From IMG/VR virus record IMGVR_UViG_3300023202_000102, positions 130,700-193,802 of that record: a DNA stretch of 63,103 nucleotides; one strand, written 5' to 3'. The notes beneath the pieces were generated by a model. The model searched no databases. It was not told where the DNA came from and saw only the letters and a program-made list of their open reading frames with translations. Position numbers and translations under genes: made by a program. The DNA is from a virus (lineage: Duplodnaviria; Heunggongvirae; Uroviricota; Caudoviricetes). Of the stretch, positions 18,469 through 26,655 are shown one piece after another (the first letter of the stretch is position 1; each line of letters begins with the position of its first letter).

Positions 18469-20345
18469 TGACTCTATCTAGTAGGCATAAGCAAAGAACT
18501 ACAAGTGCCCCTGCCTCCAAGCCATCTGGTGGCTCTGGTTCAGGCGGCGGCGCTGCGCGTCAAGGTGCAAAGCCATCGGGTATGTCCGAGGCTCAGCACA
18601 ATACTGTTCAGTTAATGCAGCAGACAATGGCTAAGCTTAAGTCTGAGGTTTACAACAAAGCCGAAGACATTGCGAGGCTTCTTGCTCAGAATGGTATTCA
18701 GGGTTTCGATGCAGAAACTTTGAGACAGACATCTTTACCCTTTGGTAACACATCTGCCGGTGGAACTCAGGCAACACTTGATGGCCGGTGGGGACCTAAT
18801 ACTAAGAAGTCCATGGAGGCCATAAAAGAGTTTGTTGGTAAGCTTACTCCTGGTTTGACATTTCATGTTGGCGAGGGCGTGTCTCCATACAAGGAGATGG
18901 ATGATGCTAAAATCACAAAGATTGCAAGAGAGAACCTTGAGAGTTTCAGACTGTTTTTCAGTAAGCTTAACCTTGCAGCACCAGAGGGTTTGCGGGAAAG
19001 CGCTAAGGGTGGGGCGTCTTATGTTCTTGATAAAGTCCCGCAGCAGCCAGCAAAAACACAGGTAATAGATCCTCTGAACGAAATGAATCAAGGAGAAGTT
19101 TCCGTTAAGGCGGGAAACTTGGTAAGACTTGATAAGTTTATGTACTTGGCTCGTAAGATGGTTGCTGGAGTTGATTGTCAGCCAATTCTCAAAGAAGAGG
19201 AAGAGAAAAAGGCTGTGTTTGAATCTGATCTTACAAAGATTGCTAGTGATATTTTCCAGAACAGTATTTTCAAACTAGCTGAGCCTGATGGTCTAACTGC
19301 TGATCCTTCTAAGATGAAGGATGGGGACTTTGAAACAGGTGAGGGTGTTGAAGAGATTGAAACTATTAAGGAGCAGCGGGAAGCGGCTGAACAAGCGGTA
19401 GCCGAAGTTGCCGGTGAGGGTGTGGCTGGTGGTGGTGCCGCCAGAAAGAAACCAAAGACCGAAGAGGATGTAAAAGAAGAGCGTGAAATTGCTTCTTCAG
19501 ATTATCCTTGTTTTAACCAAGTTGAATGGCTTTTGAATTGGTTCATAGATAGAGCTGATGGTCTTTACGATCAGCTTGATGAGGCGCTCTCTCAAAAGGA
19601 CCAGCTTGGTGGTGGACTGCATCCAGTACGTGGTGACGCAATCACTCGTCGTGATATGCAGGCTGCTGAGTGGTATGCAAACCAGACCAAAGCTCTTGCT
19701 GATCAGTGGGATCTAGTAAGAGATGACGTATATGATTATCTTGCTGACAAGTCTTCTAGTAGACCAAAGGTTACTCCAGGCGTCCTTAGAAGATCAGGTG
19801 CAGGAGGTGCTGGCGGAGGCGCAGCTCGACGAGGTCGTTACCGTGGTCGTGGTGGGGCTGGTGGACGTACTGTTTCTGGCGATGATCTCGAAGAAGGTCC
19901 ACTCAGAAAGAATATGGATCTAGCGGGCTTGTCAGAGGGTGGTATGTACGAGACTGGATACGAAGATCAGATTCGTGCACTTTCTGTTGGTAACAGATTA
20001 CCATTCATTGATCGTGATGATTTCATGGGTGATTGGGTTGCTCAAGCAACAACCATTGCAAAGGGTAATACAAACACCGAAAGAATATACAACTATCCAG
20101 AACTTCTTAAAGTTCTTCGACTTCATATCAATCAACTTTTCAATACGTGGAGATCTGAAACGGCGGGCGATGCTGATAGAAGAGTGGTAGCTCGTCAGAA
20201 CACAGAGAATAGAAGGTGGCAGGGTGCGCTGAAGTCTGCGCTTGGTCGTTCCTCTGGAGAAAACGCTGCACGAGCAGCTGCAACCTTCCGTGGCCAGCCT
20301 GGCGAAACAGAGGCTATGAAAGCGCGTATGCAGAGTACTCGTTAA
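18468..20345 (+). CDS. Internal/ejection-like protein with a peptidoglycan-binding-like motif
   Basis: 'LDGRWGPNTKKSM' resembles the PG_binding_1 DGxxGPxT motif. Gly/Arg-rich linkers; KIAS, KLAE. Confidence 0.5.
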   Translation: MTLSSRHKQRTTSAPASKPSGGSGSGGGAARQGAKPSGMSEAQHNTVQLMQQTMAKLKSEVYNKAEDIARLLAQNGIQGFDAETLRQTSLPFGNTSAGGTQATLDGRWGPNTKKSMEAIKEFVGKLTPGLTFHVGEGVSPYKEMDDAKITKIARENLESFRLFFSKLNLAAPEGLRESAKGGASYVLDKVPQQPAKTQVIDPLNEMNQGEVSVKAGNLVRLDKFMYLARKMVAGVDCQPILKEEEEKKAVFESDLTKIASDIFQNSIFKLAEPDGLTADPSKMKDGDFETGEGVEEIETIKEQREAAEQAVAEVAGEGVAGGGAARKKPKTEEDVKEEREIASSDYPCFNQVEWLLNWFIDRADGLYDQLDEALSQKDQLGGGLHPVRGDAITRRDMQAAEWYANQTKALADQWDLVRDDVYDYLADKSSSRPKVTPGVLRRSGAGGAGGGAARRGRYRGRGGAGGRTVSGDDLEEGPLRKNMDLAGLSEGGMYETGYEDQIRALSVGNRLPFIDRDDFMGDWVAQATTIAKGNTNTERIYNYPELLKVLRLHINQLFNTWRSETAGDADRRVVARQNTENRRWQGALKSALGRSSGENAARAAATFRGQPGETEAMKARMQSTR

Positions 20346-20353
20346 GGAGAGGG

Positions 20354-21457
20354 ATGAACGGTGAGATCCAATACATTGCAGACTCATTTCTTCTTGAAAG
20401 GGTATTCAAGATCCTTAACAACTCTGGTGAAGAGGGGTTGCAGAAGCACGCCTTTGATCTTGGATCTGTTCTAAGTGGTATTGGAAGTTCCATCAAGTCT
20501 TATGTTGGTGGTAAGGTAGCTGGAAAGGATGAAGGAGGCGTTGCTAGAACGGTAACTAACCTATTGGCTCCAGCTATGTTCTTTAGATTGCATCCGATTC
20601 TTGGAATGGCAGCAACGGCAGCTCAGCTTTTTGGTATTGATTTATATTCAATATTCCAAAAAATCGCTGGAGCTATCATGCCATCTGTAGAAAAGGGCGA
20701 ACCTGTTAGTTCCGATGTTGTTAATCAAGCAGCAATGGGAGCAGCGGGTAATACAGCTATGGCTTCTGATGATTTCTTAGCCCCCCTTCGTGCAATGGAA
20801 GAGTCTGGTGAGTTGAAAAAGATCGCTGTATCTTGGGGAAGACCTAGGGGAAACGCATGGTCTCGTCAAGAGTTCATACCCAAGGATAAGAGTCCTTTCG
20901 TTAGGATGTTCTCTTTTATGCGCCCACGTCAACGTGGAAGTATCTTGGTAGGGATTGTTGTATGGTTTGTTAAAACTATACTAATGTCTGCTGGGCTCTT
21001 AGCGGGTGTAGGAGCGGCTTCTTCAATGTTAGGCAAAAAGCCAACTGGAGTTAGTTCAAGTCCACAGCAGAGTCAACAGCAGCCAACAACCCCACAAGGT
21101 GGCGGGGGTGGTGCTGCCAGGACATCTCCTGGTGTTGACCAGCGTAATACTGGAGCTGGAGCCACGAATTATAAGCCCAATCCAAATGATATGTGGATAG
21201 AGAATCTTGGAGGTCAGCAGCCACATGAGCGTCTTTTACAGTGGACTGAAGAATCATATCCAGGACTTTACCAATATCAAGACATAATCTTAAGGACACC
21301 TGCCTTTTGGAATGCGGTATCTGCAATGACTAAAGGGTGGCCCACAGGACAGCAGCAACTAATAATTGAGAATCCTAACTTCAAGAGTAGGGATGATATT
21401 TTGAAACTGTTTGTTCCACAGGTGTTTGATCAAATTAATAGAGGAAATGTAGCATGA
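20354..21457 (+). CDS. Membrane-active internal/ejection-like protein
   Basis: ATG at 20354 after AGGAG. Hydrophobic segments 'LLAPAMFFRLHPILGMAATAAQLFGI' and 'ILVGIVVWFVKTILMSAGLLAGVGAA'; KHAF, KIAV. Confidence 0.55.
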   Translation: MNGEIQYIADSFLLERVFKILNNSGEEGLQKHAFDLGSVLSGIGSSIKSYVGGKVAGKDEGGVARTVTNLLAPAMFFRLHPILGMAATAAQLFGIDLYSIFQKIAGAIMPSVEKGEPVSSDVVNQAAMGAAGNTAMASDDFLAPLRAMEESGELKKIAVSWGRPRGNAWSRQEFIPKDKSPFVRMFSFMRPRQRGSILVGIVVWFVKTILMSAGLLAGVGAASSMLGKKPTGVSSSPQQSQQQPTTPQGGGGGAARTSPGVDQRNTGAGATNYKPNPNDMWIENLGGQQPHERLLQWTEESYPGLYQYQDIILRTPAFWNAVSAMTKGWPTGQQQLIIENPNFKSRDDILKLFVPQVFDQINRGNVA

Positions 21458-22719
21458 GTGATATTTGGGATGAGTTTGAAAAGATAGCTGTAGCTCAGGG
21501 ACTCGTAGTTGAGGCTGAGGAAGACGGCGGTCAGCGAAAGACCCCAGTTCGCTACGACTCTTTGTCTGATGATGCGGTACGTATGCTTTACAATGTAGAG
21601 CCAGAAAGCATCTTTAAGGAAAAGGACATCATTGAGGTGGCTCATCCAGAGACCGCCGTTGTCACAAGGACTTACGATGCCATGAACGCTGTAGTTGAGA
21701 ACGTTAACCAGCGTCAAGATATGATGGCGTACATTGCACAAAAGATGCCAAACGGTCATCTTACTTACAGGCGTTATGTTGCGGCAAAGCAAGAGCTTCT
21801 TAACTCTTTGATAAGAGCGGCGTTTACATTAGACAATCAGGATGACGAGAAGCTGATGGCTTTTGCTGACTCTTGTGCTGAGCGCTTGGAAAAAAAAAGT
21901 GAAAAAATCGTAAAAGAAGCGATTGCACCCTTAGCTGTCGGATTGATTGGTGGCGCTGCTGCTCTGTTAGGAGCTGGATGGTATGCGCTTTATGGAGCTG
22001 AAAGCGTTAAGAACGTGTATGTAAATGCTCAGGCTGTGCTTGAGGCATTGCGCCCATTGATGTCACAGCCTTATGCAAGAAAAATCTATAGTGAAATTAC
22101 AACACTAATGACAGAGGCTCGTAAGATTTATCCACTTTTTCCAGAGCTAAGAAAGATTCGTTCCATTGAGGACTCGGTAAATACAACTAAGGTGGTGGGA
22201 GATGCTCGGGCCAAGGCTATTGAGGCTCAAATTCAGGCATGGATTAAATTACTTGAATCTGCACAGATGAAGCTTCCTGTATGGGTGGCTGAAATTGAAG
22301 AGGCTGAAGACCTAAGAACTGATGAAGATACAGGCATATGGTCTAGACTGAAAAATATAGCCGACCCTCTCTATGATACAGCTTCTGAAAAATTAGTTGG
22401 TGCTTTACAAGGGCGATCTAATTGGCTTGGTGAAGGAACATCTGGTGGTTTACAAGACGCTCTAGCTAAGGATTATAGGATTGCACAATCTGCTCTTGCT
22501 GCGGGGCAACAGCAACAGCAAGAGATTCAAAGAGTTGTTCAAGAAGAGCAGATGCAACAGCTTGAGCAAACACAAACACAGCCAGAGCAAGATCTGTTTC
22601 CACAGTTTGAGCCCGTTCCGGCTCCTGCTCCATCTATGCCGGGGCAGGGTGGCGGCGTAGCTAGAAAGAACCCAGGAATCCAAGAGGGATTCGATCCAAC
22701 CGGCCCTACATGGAGGTGA
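21454..22719 (+). CDS. Internal/ejection-like protein with a transmembrane-like segment
   Basis: AHP module and hairpin motif, then KEA followed directly by IAPLAVGLIGGAAALLGAGWYALYG. Confidence 0.55.
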   Translation: MSDIWDEFEKIAVAQGLVVEAEEDGGQRKTPVRYDSLSDDAVRMLYNVEPESIFKEKDIIEVAHPETAVVTRTYDAMNAVVENVNQRQDMMAYIAQKMPNGHLTYRRYVAAKQELLNSLIRAAFTLDNQDDEKLMAFADSCAERLEKKSEKIVKEAIAPLAVGLIGGAAALLGAGWYALYGAESVKNVYVNAQAVLEALRPLMSQPYARKIYSEITTLMTEARKIYPLFPELRKIRSIEDSVNTTKVVGDARAKAIEAQIQAWIKLLESAQMKLPVWVAEIEEAEDLRTDEDTGIWSRLKNIADPLYDTASEKLVGALQGRSNWLGEGTSGGLQDALAKDYRIAQSALAAGQQQQQEIQRVVQEEQMQQLEQTQTQPEQDLFPQFEPVPAPAPSMPGQGGGVARKNPGIQEGFDPTGPTWR

Positions 22720-22722
22720 TCT

Positions 22723-23190
22723 ATGTACGAGGATTGGAAGGGATACCTTCAGTCTAAGGGCCTTTGGGATGATAGCCCGTTTGCGTTTCGCCGAGGAATG
22801 CAGGCACTAGAGCGTAAACTCACCGATAGGTTGCCATCTGTTCGCGGAATGGTGTGGCTGAATGGTGATGTAAACCCACAGGCAAAGGTCGCCGACGTAA
22901 AAGAGGCGCTGTCTTTGTTAGAGCGTTTTGGTGTGGCGAATTTTGATGCTCTTGGACCACCTGGAGAAGATTCAAGATCTAACATCTTCAATGAGATGTT
23001 CATTTCACAAGAAGATTCAAAAATTAATGAGACAGATCCTTCAAATAATCAGAATGCTGGTAACTGGAAGAACCCTGCGCCTAAAAAAATAGACGGTCCT
23101 TTCGTAAATAAACCAGCCAAAAACAAGGATGATGTTGATGCAAGAATGCAAAAATTAATTCAATTGATAGATGAAGTAAAAAAAACTTAA
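22723..23190 (+). CDS. Hypothetical protein
   Basis: RBS GGAGG, 155 aa, co-oriented with neighbours. Confidence 0.55.
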   Translation: MYEDWKGYLQSKGLWDDSPFAFRRGMQALERKLTDRLPSVRGMVWLNGDVNPQAKVADVKEALSLLERFGVANFDALGPPGEDSRSNIFNEMFISQEDSKINETDPSNNQNAGNWKNPAPKKIDGPFVNKPAKNKDDVDARMQKLIQLIDEVKKT

Positions 23191-23281
23191 GTTTTCTACT
23201 ACTACATCAACATTCCTTTAGAGTAAGACCCTCGATGTAAGACAATTTTAGCGTCAAGCATTAGACGCAAAAGGATATAAA

Positions 23282-23983
23282 ATGGCTTTAGAACTAGTAC
23301 AGCCAGGCATTCAGCCGCTTGGCCAATTTGATGGACATGATGATGTCTACCTTACCGTAAAGGGTGGAGAGGTTGCAACTATCGTTGGTGTTCCTCTTCG
23401 AACCTCTGGTGGAACTGACCTTCACGCAGCAGACGCTGATGACGGTTACGTTGGAACCACTCGTCCAGCAGCTACCACAAACCTCACCTCTGGTGACCGT
23501 CCACTATTCCTCGTTGACGATGGAATTAAGGGATACGGAACTCTTTTCGGTTCTGTAATCGGCGGTGTAGCTGGTCAGATTTCTGACGGACTTGGGCAGA
23601 CCAACGGTCAGCTCCTCGGACCACACACTGCAACAGCTTCTGGAAAGCTTACCCTTTGGGATAAGCCAGGAACTTATGCAGTAACACTCGACGCTGTTCA
23701 CACTGATCCACTTGTTGGTCTTGTTCCAACAAACGCTACTCTTAGCATTGGTGATGCTGTTTACGCACGAGCTGATGGAAAGCTTACACCAGATTCTGGT
23801 TCTGCTTTCGAGGCGGTAAACGTAGGATTCTTCATGAACTTTGAGCCTTACAAGGGAGGCAGCCTTGTAACGACTCCAGTTAACCTGGTGTCTGCTGCTA
23901 ACTCTCCTGTTGGACTCGGTCAGCCACAGGCTTACGCTCTGCAGCGTGCGTTGATTCACTTCAACCCACCATCTCAGGCATAA
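23282..23983 (+). CDS. Head decoration / minor capsid protein (paralogue 3, adjacent to MCP)
   Basis: Directly upstream of the MCP, with similar codon bias. Motifs 'PLFLVDD', 'ASGKLTLWDKPG', 'GDAVYARADGKLT'. Confidence 0.7.
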   Translation: MALELVQPGIQPLGQFDGHDDVYLTVKGGEVATIVGVPLRTSGGTDLHAADADDGYVGTTRPAATTNLTSGDRPLFLVDDGIKGYGTLFGSVIGGVAGQISDGLGQTNGQLLGPHTATASGKLTLWDKPGTYAVTLDAVHTDPLVGLVPTNATLSIGDAVYARADGKLTPDSGSAFEAVNVGFFMNFEPYKGGSLVTTPVNLVSAANSPVGLGQPQAYALQRALIHFNPPSQA

Positions 23984-23995
23984 GCTGAGAATTGG

Positions 23996-24023
23996 AACCG
24001 AATGGGCTTCCGCCCATTCGGTT
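23996..24023 (+). promoter_or_regulatory. Perfect 12-bp hairpin between the decoration and MCP genes
   Basis: AACCGAATGGGC-TTCC-GCCCATTCGGTT with only a short T run; could be a stabiliser, attenuator or terminator. Confidence 0.6.
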
Positions 24024-24084
24024 TCGCTATAGTTGTTAACATATCGTTAGCAGCTTATTTACCAAACCAACTTAGGAGATACTT

Positions 24085-25095
24085 ATGTCTTTGTTCGACA
24101 CTAAAGGTGAAATGAACGCCAGCTCTGTCAAGGACGCACTTAACACACTCGTTAGGTATGCATCTGTTCTTGAAGAGAACCAACCACACAACACCGCTCT
24201 CGCAGGTCAGCCACAGCTGAACGATGAGAAGCGTGACGAGCTTATTGCTCGCGCCATTATGACTCAGGAGGGCAAGCTTGCTCTCGCTCAGGCAATGGCT
24301 AACCCAATCCGCCGTAACCTCGATTACCAGGGAATTGCACGTCGTCTGCTCGTTGTAGACGCACTTCCACAGGGTGTCGATCCAAAGTACGAGCGCGATA
24401 TCGATGTTGCCGCAACCGTTGTTTCTTCTAACGGTACAGGCGGTGAGTCCCGTGTATTCGGTGACCGTATCGTAGTTCCAACCTTCGAGCTTTACTCTAA
24501 CCCAACCGTTAGAATCTCTGAGGTTCGGCGTCGTCGCTTCAACGTGATTGACCGTGCTGTGCAGAAGGCTCGTCAGGAGCTTATGGCACAGGAGGATGCA
24601 AACATCTTCGCTGCTGTTGACGCTGCATCTTCTGTTGAGAACGTTCTTCAGGACATCTCCGATGGTGGTCTCCTCAAGCGCGACCTCGTTGAGATCAAGG
24701 TTCAGATTGATCGTTGGGACCTTGTTACAACCAAGTTCTTCATGAACATCAATGAGTTCACCGACATCCTGAATTGGGGATCCGGTGGTGGCCAGGGACC
24801 AGGTGGTGGTGAAGTTGACCCAGTTACCCAGCGTGAGATTCTTCAGACAGGTCTTTACGCTCACATCTGGGGAGCAGACATCATGGTTTCCAAGATTGTT
24901 CCTCCAGGAACCGTCTACGGTGCAGCAGACCCAGAGTTCGTTGGTGTTATGCCTATCCGTCAGGACATCGAAGTTATCCCAGCTGATGAGCCAAAGCAGC
25001 TCAAGCTTGGATGGGTTGTCTCTGAGGAGATCGGAATTGGTATCGTGAACCCACGCGGTGTTGCAGCAGCTCGTAAGAGCGTTGTAGCTGGCTAA
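24085..25095 (+). CDS. Major capsid protein (HK97 fold)
   Basis: 336 aa with 'PIRRNLDYQGIARRLLVVD.LPQG', 'VVPTFEL.SNP', 'IWGADIMVSKIVP.GTVY', 'GWVVSEEIGIGIVNPRGV'. Strong codon bias, RBS AGGAG, followed by a terminator. Confidence 0.92.
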   Translation: MSLFDTKGEMNASSVKDALNTLVRYASVLEENQPHNTALAGQPQLNDEKRDELIARAIMTQEGKLALAQAMANPIRRNLDYQGIARRLLVVDALPQGVDPKYERDIDVAATVVSSNGTGGESRVFGDRIVVPTFELYSNPTVRISEVRRRRFNVIDRAVQKARQELMAQEDANIFAAVDAASSVENVLQDISDGGLLKRDLVEIKVQIDRWDLVTTKFFMNINEFTDILNWGSGGGQGPGGGEVDPVTQREILQTGLYAHIWGADIMVSKIVPPGTVYGAADPEFVGVMPIRQDIEVIPADEPKQLKLGWVVSEEIGIGIVNPRGVAAARKSVVAG

Positions 25096-25117
25096 TTCTA
25101 GTCACATATAGCAAAGG

Positions 25118-25144
25118 AGGCTGCGAGAAATCGCAGCCTTTTTT
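25118..25144 (+). terminator. Rho-independent terminator after MCP
   Basis: AGGCTGCGA-GAAA-TCGCAGCCT followed by a T tract. Confidence 0.88.
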
Positions 25145-25217
25145 GTATGCATTCTACGGCATTGTTGTGTACCTCGTGCACGAGGTGCATTGTAATTAAT
25201 CAACAAAATGGTGAGTG

Positions 25218-26039
25218 ATGAAGCTACCTCTTGATGCCAAGATTTCAGTAATATCTAGAATAGCAAAGGACTTTGTAGATTGTGTCGAGAGCGAGTCTGT
25301 CCCAGCAGAGCTGACATACAGAACATTGTATGTTGATGGGGGTGTTGAGGAAACTCAGAAGGCCCGCATGGCTGCATTCGCGGAGTTGACTCCCAGTCCA
25401 ATAACAAAGTTTGCTTTTGACACCCGCCGAGTTGATCAAGAGGGTTCTCGTAATCCTCGAAAAAACTTACAATATTGGCACCGGTCTGATCAATTCATTG
25501 ATGAAGGTGATGAGAAAAGGCTCAAGACATTTGCTAAGCTAGCAAAGGTTTTGAACAAAATGAAGGACCGCCTCGGAACCTCTCCGGAATGGTTTGAGAG
25601 TTATTCACGACAGCTTTATGATAATGTCTTCAGAATTCTGAGGGTAAAAGAAGCTGACCTGGATATCTTTAGACCACAGATTTCTTATCTTGAGCAGCTA
25701 GTATTTGCTAGGTACAGACTATCTATGGAGAACTTGGAGAAGTACTCTGAGGAAAAGCTAGAAGAAAGACTCCTATCGAAAGATGAGGAGCTAATTGGAA
25801 GGTCTCTGTATCTTAAAGAGACACAAACAGAAGAGAGCGAGCTGGTTTCAAAATCTATGTCGAAAGAAGCGCCTCTTCAGACGGGAGGTCTCACTCAGGA
25901 GTCCATCGTCAATGCTATTTTTGGTGGACAATCTCTCCTGAAATCTGGAGATAAGAGCGTAGAGAGAACGATCACGATCACACTTAGGGATAACGTTATC
26001 GAGAAGGAAGCTGAAGAGAAAGACTCTGATAACGAATAA
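25218..26039 (+). CDS. Hypothetical protein
   Basis: About 273 aa, helical; motifs RIAK, KFAF, KLAK. Confidence 0.55.
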   Translation: MKLPLDAKISVISRIAKDFVDCVESESVPAELTYRTLYVDGGVEETQKARMAAFAELTPSPITKFAFDTRRVDQEGSRNPRKNLQYWHRSDQFIDEGDEKRLKTFAKLAKVLNKMKDRLGTSPEWFESYSRQLYDNVFRILRVKEADLDIFRPQISYLEQLVFARYRLSMENLEKYSEEKLEERLLSKDEELIGRSLYLKETQTEESELVSKSMSKEAPLQTGGLTQESIVNAIFGGQSLLKSGDKSVERTITITLRDNVIEKEAEEKDSDNE

Positions 26040-26048
26040 GGAGGGGAT

Positions 26049-26654
26049 ATGCCAGCGGTTGGTTTTGAAACTTGGTTTCCAAAAGAATGTCCCACGGTCT
26101 TTGTTGTCAAGAACATTGCCCCTGAAGGGAAAAGAATTAAGATCTTTGATTACCCTATCAAGAATGGAATGGAAAGAGATCTTATGACGATTCCTTATGT
26201 TTCAGAGGCTGACATTCGTCATGCGCTTCTAAAGGGTGAGCTTCTTACTAAGCTGCGTTCTGGTGAGGCTACTGTTATAGATTCTAATATTGATCTTATT
26301 CAGTTTGATGAGTGTCACAAGGCATTCTTACAGAGTGTGGGTATTACCAAAGGCCTTGAAGCTACTGGAGGAATCGCAGAGATTCCATACCTCTTCAAGC
26401 AGCAGGTTGAATTGTTTGGTGTAAAGAACAGCTCTAACAGAGTATTTACAACACCAGATGCATTCCTTAATGGTATGGTTAGTGGTAACGATTTTAGAAT
26501 TCAACCAAAACACAATGGTAGGGATTTGGTTGAAAACGTTGATTATTTTGTTGCTGAGAGTGGCGGCCCTGGCACCGGGTTTGACACAATCATTTTGAAC
26601 TTTTCCCCGAAGGCGAGGAGCGTGCTGGTAGCAGACTATGTAGTGGAGGCTTAA
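26049..26654 (+). CDS. Putative virion structural protein
   Basis: RBS AGGAGG. C-terminal beta module 'NGRDL...DYFV.ESGG.G....I...P.....LVADY' typical of phage structural proteins. Confidence 0.55.
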   Translation: MPAVGFETWFPKECPTVFVVKNIAPEGKRIKIFDYPIKNGMERDLMTIPYVSEADIRHALLKGELLTKLRSGEATVIDSNIDLIQFDECHKAFLQSVGITKGLEATGGIAEIPYLFKQQVELFGVKNSSNRVFTTPDAFLNGMVSGNDFRIQPKHNGRDLVENVDYFVAESGGPGTGFDTIILNFSPKARSVLVADYVVEA

Positions 26655-26655
26655 T

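Noticed and set aside
21890-21898. A9 run as a programmed frameshift or phase-variation site
   Set aside because: It encodes EKK within an intact ORF and I saw no useful alternative-frame extension.
16801-22719. Tape-measure protein
   Set aside because: The ORFs are short, lie upstream of the MCP and lack adjacent tube/chaperone genes. No sheath, tube or tape measure was recognised in the window; they may lie downstream, so tail type is not inferred.
23191-23281. Possible ncRNA or tRNA in intergenic gaps (GTAAGAC twice, small hairpin)
   Set aside because: Gaps are short and no cloverleaf is evident; the GTAAGA recurrences (also 14140, 43195) are too few to support a call.
24085-25095. Encapsulin (cellular nanocompartment) interpretation of the HK97-fold gene
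   Set aside because: Terminase, portal, protease and neck genes in the same region show it is a phage capsid protein.
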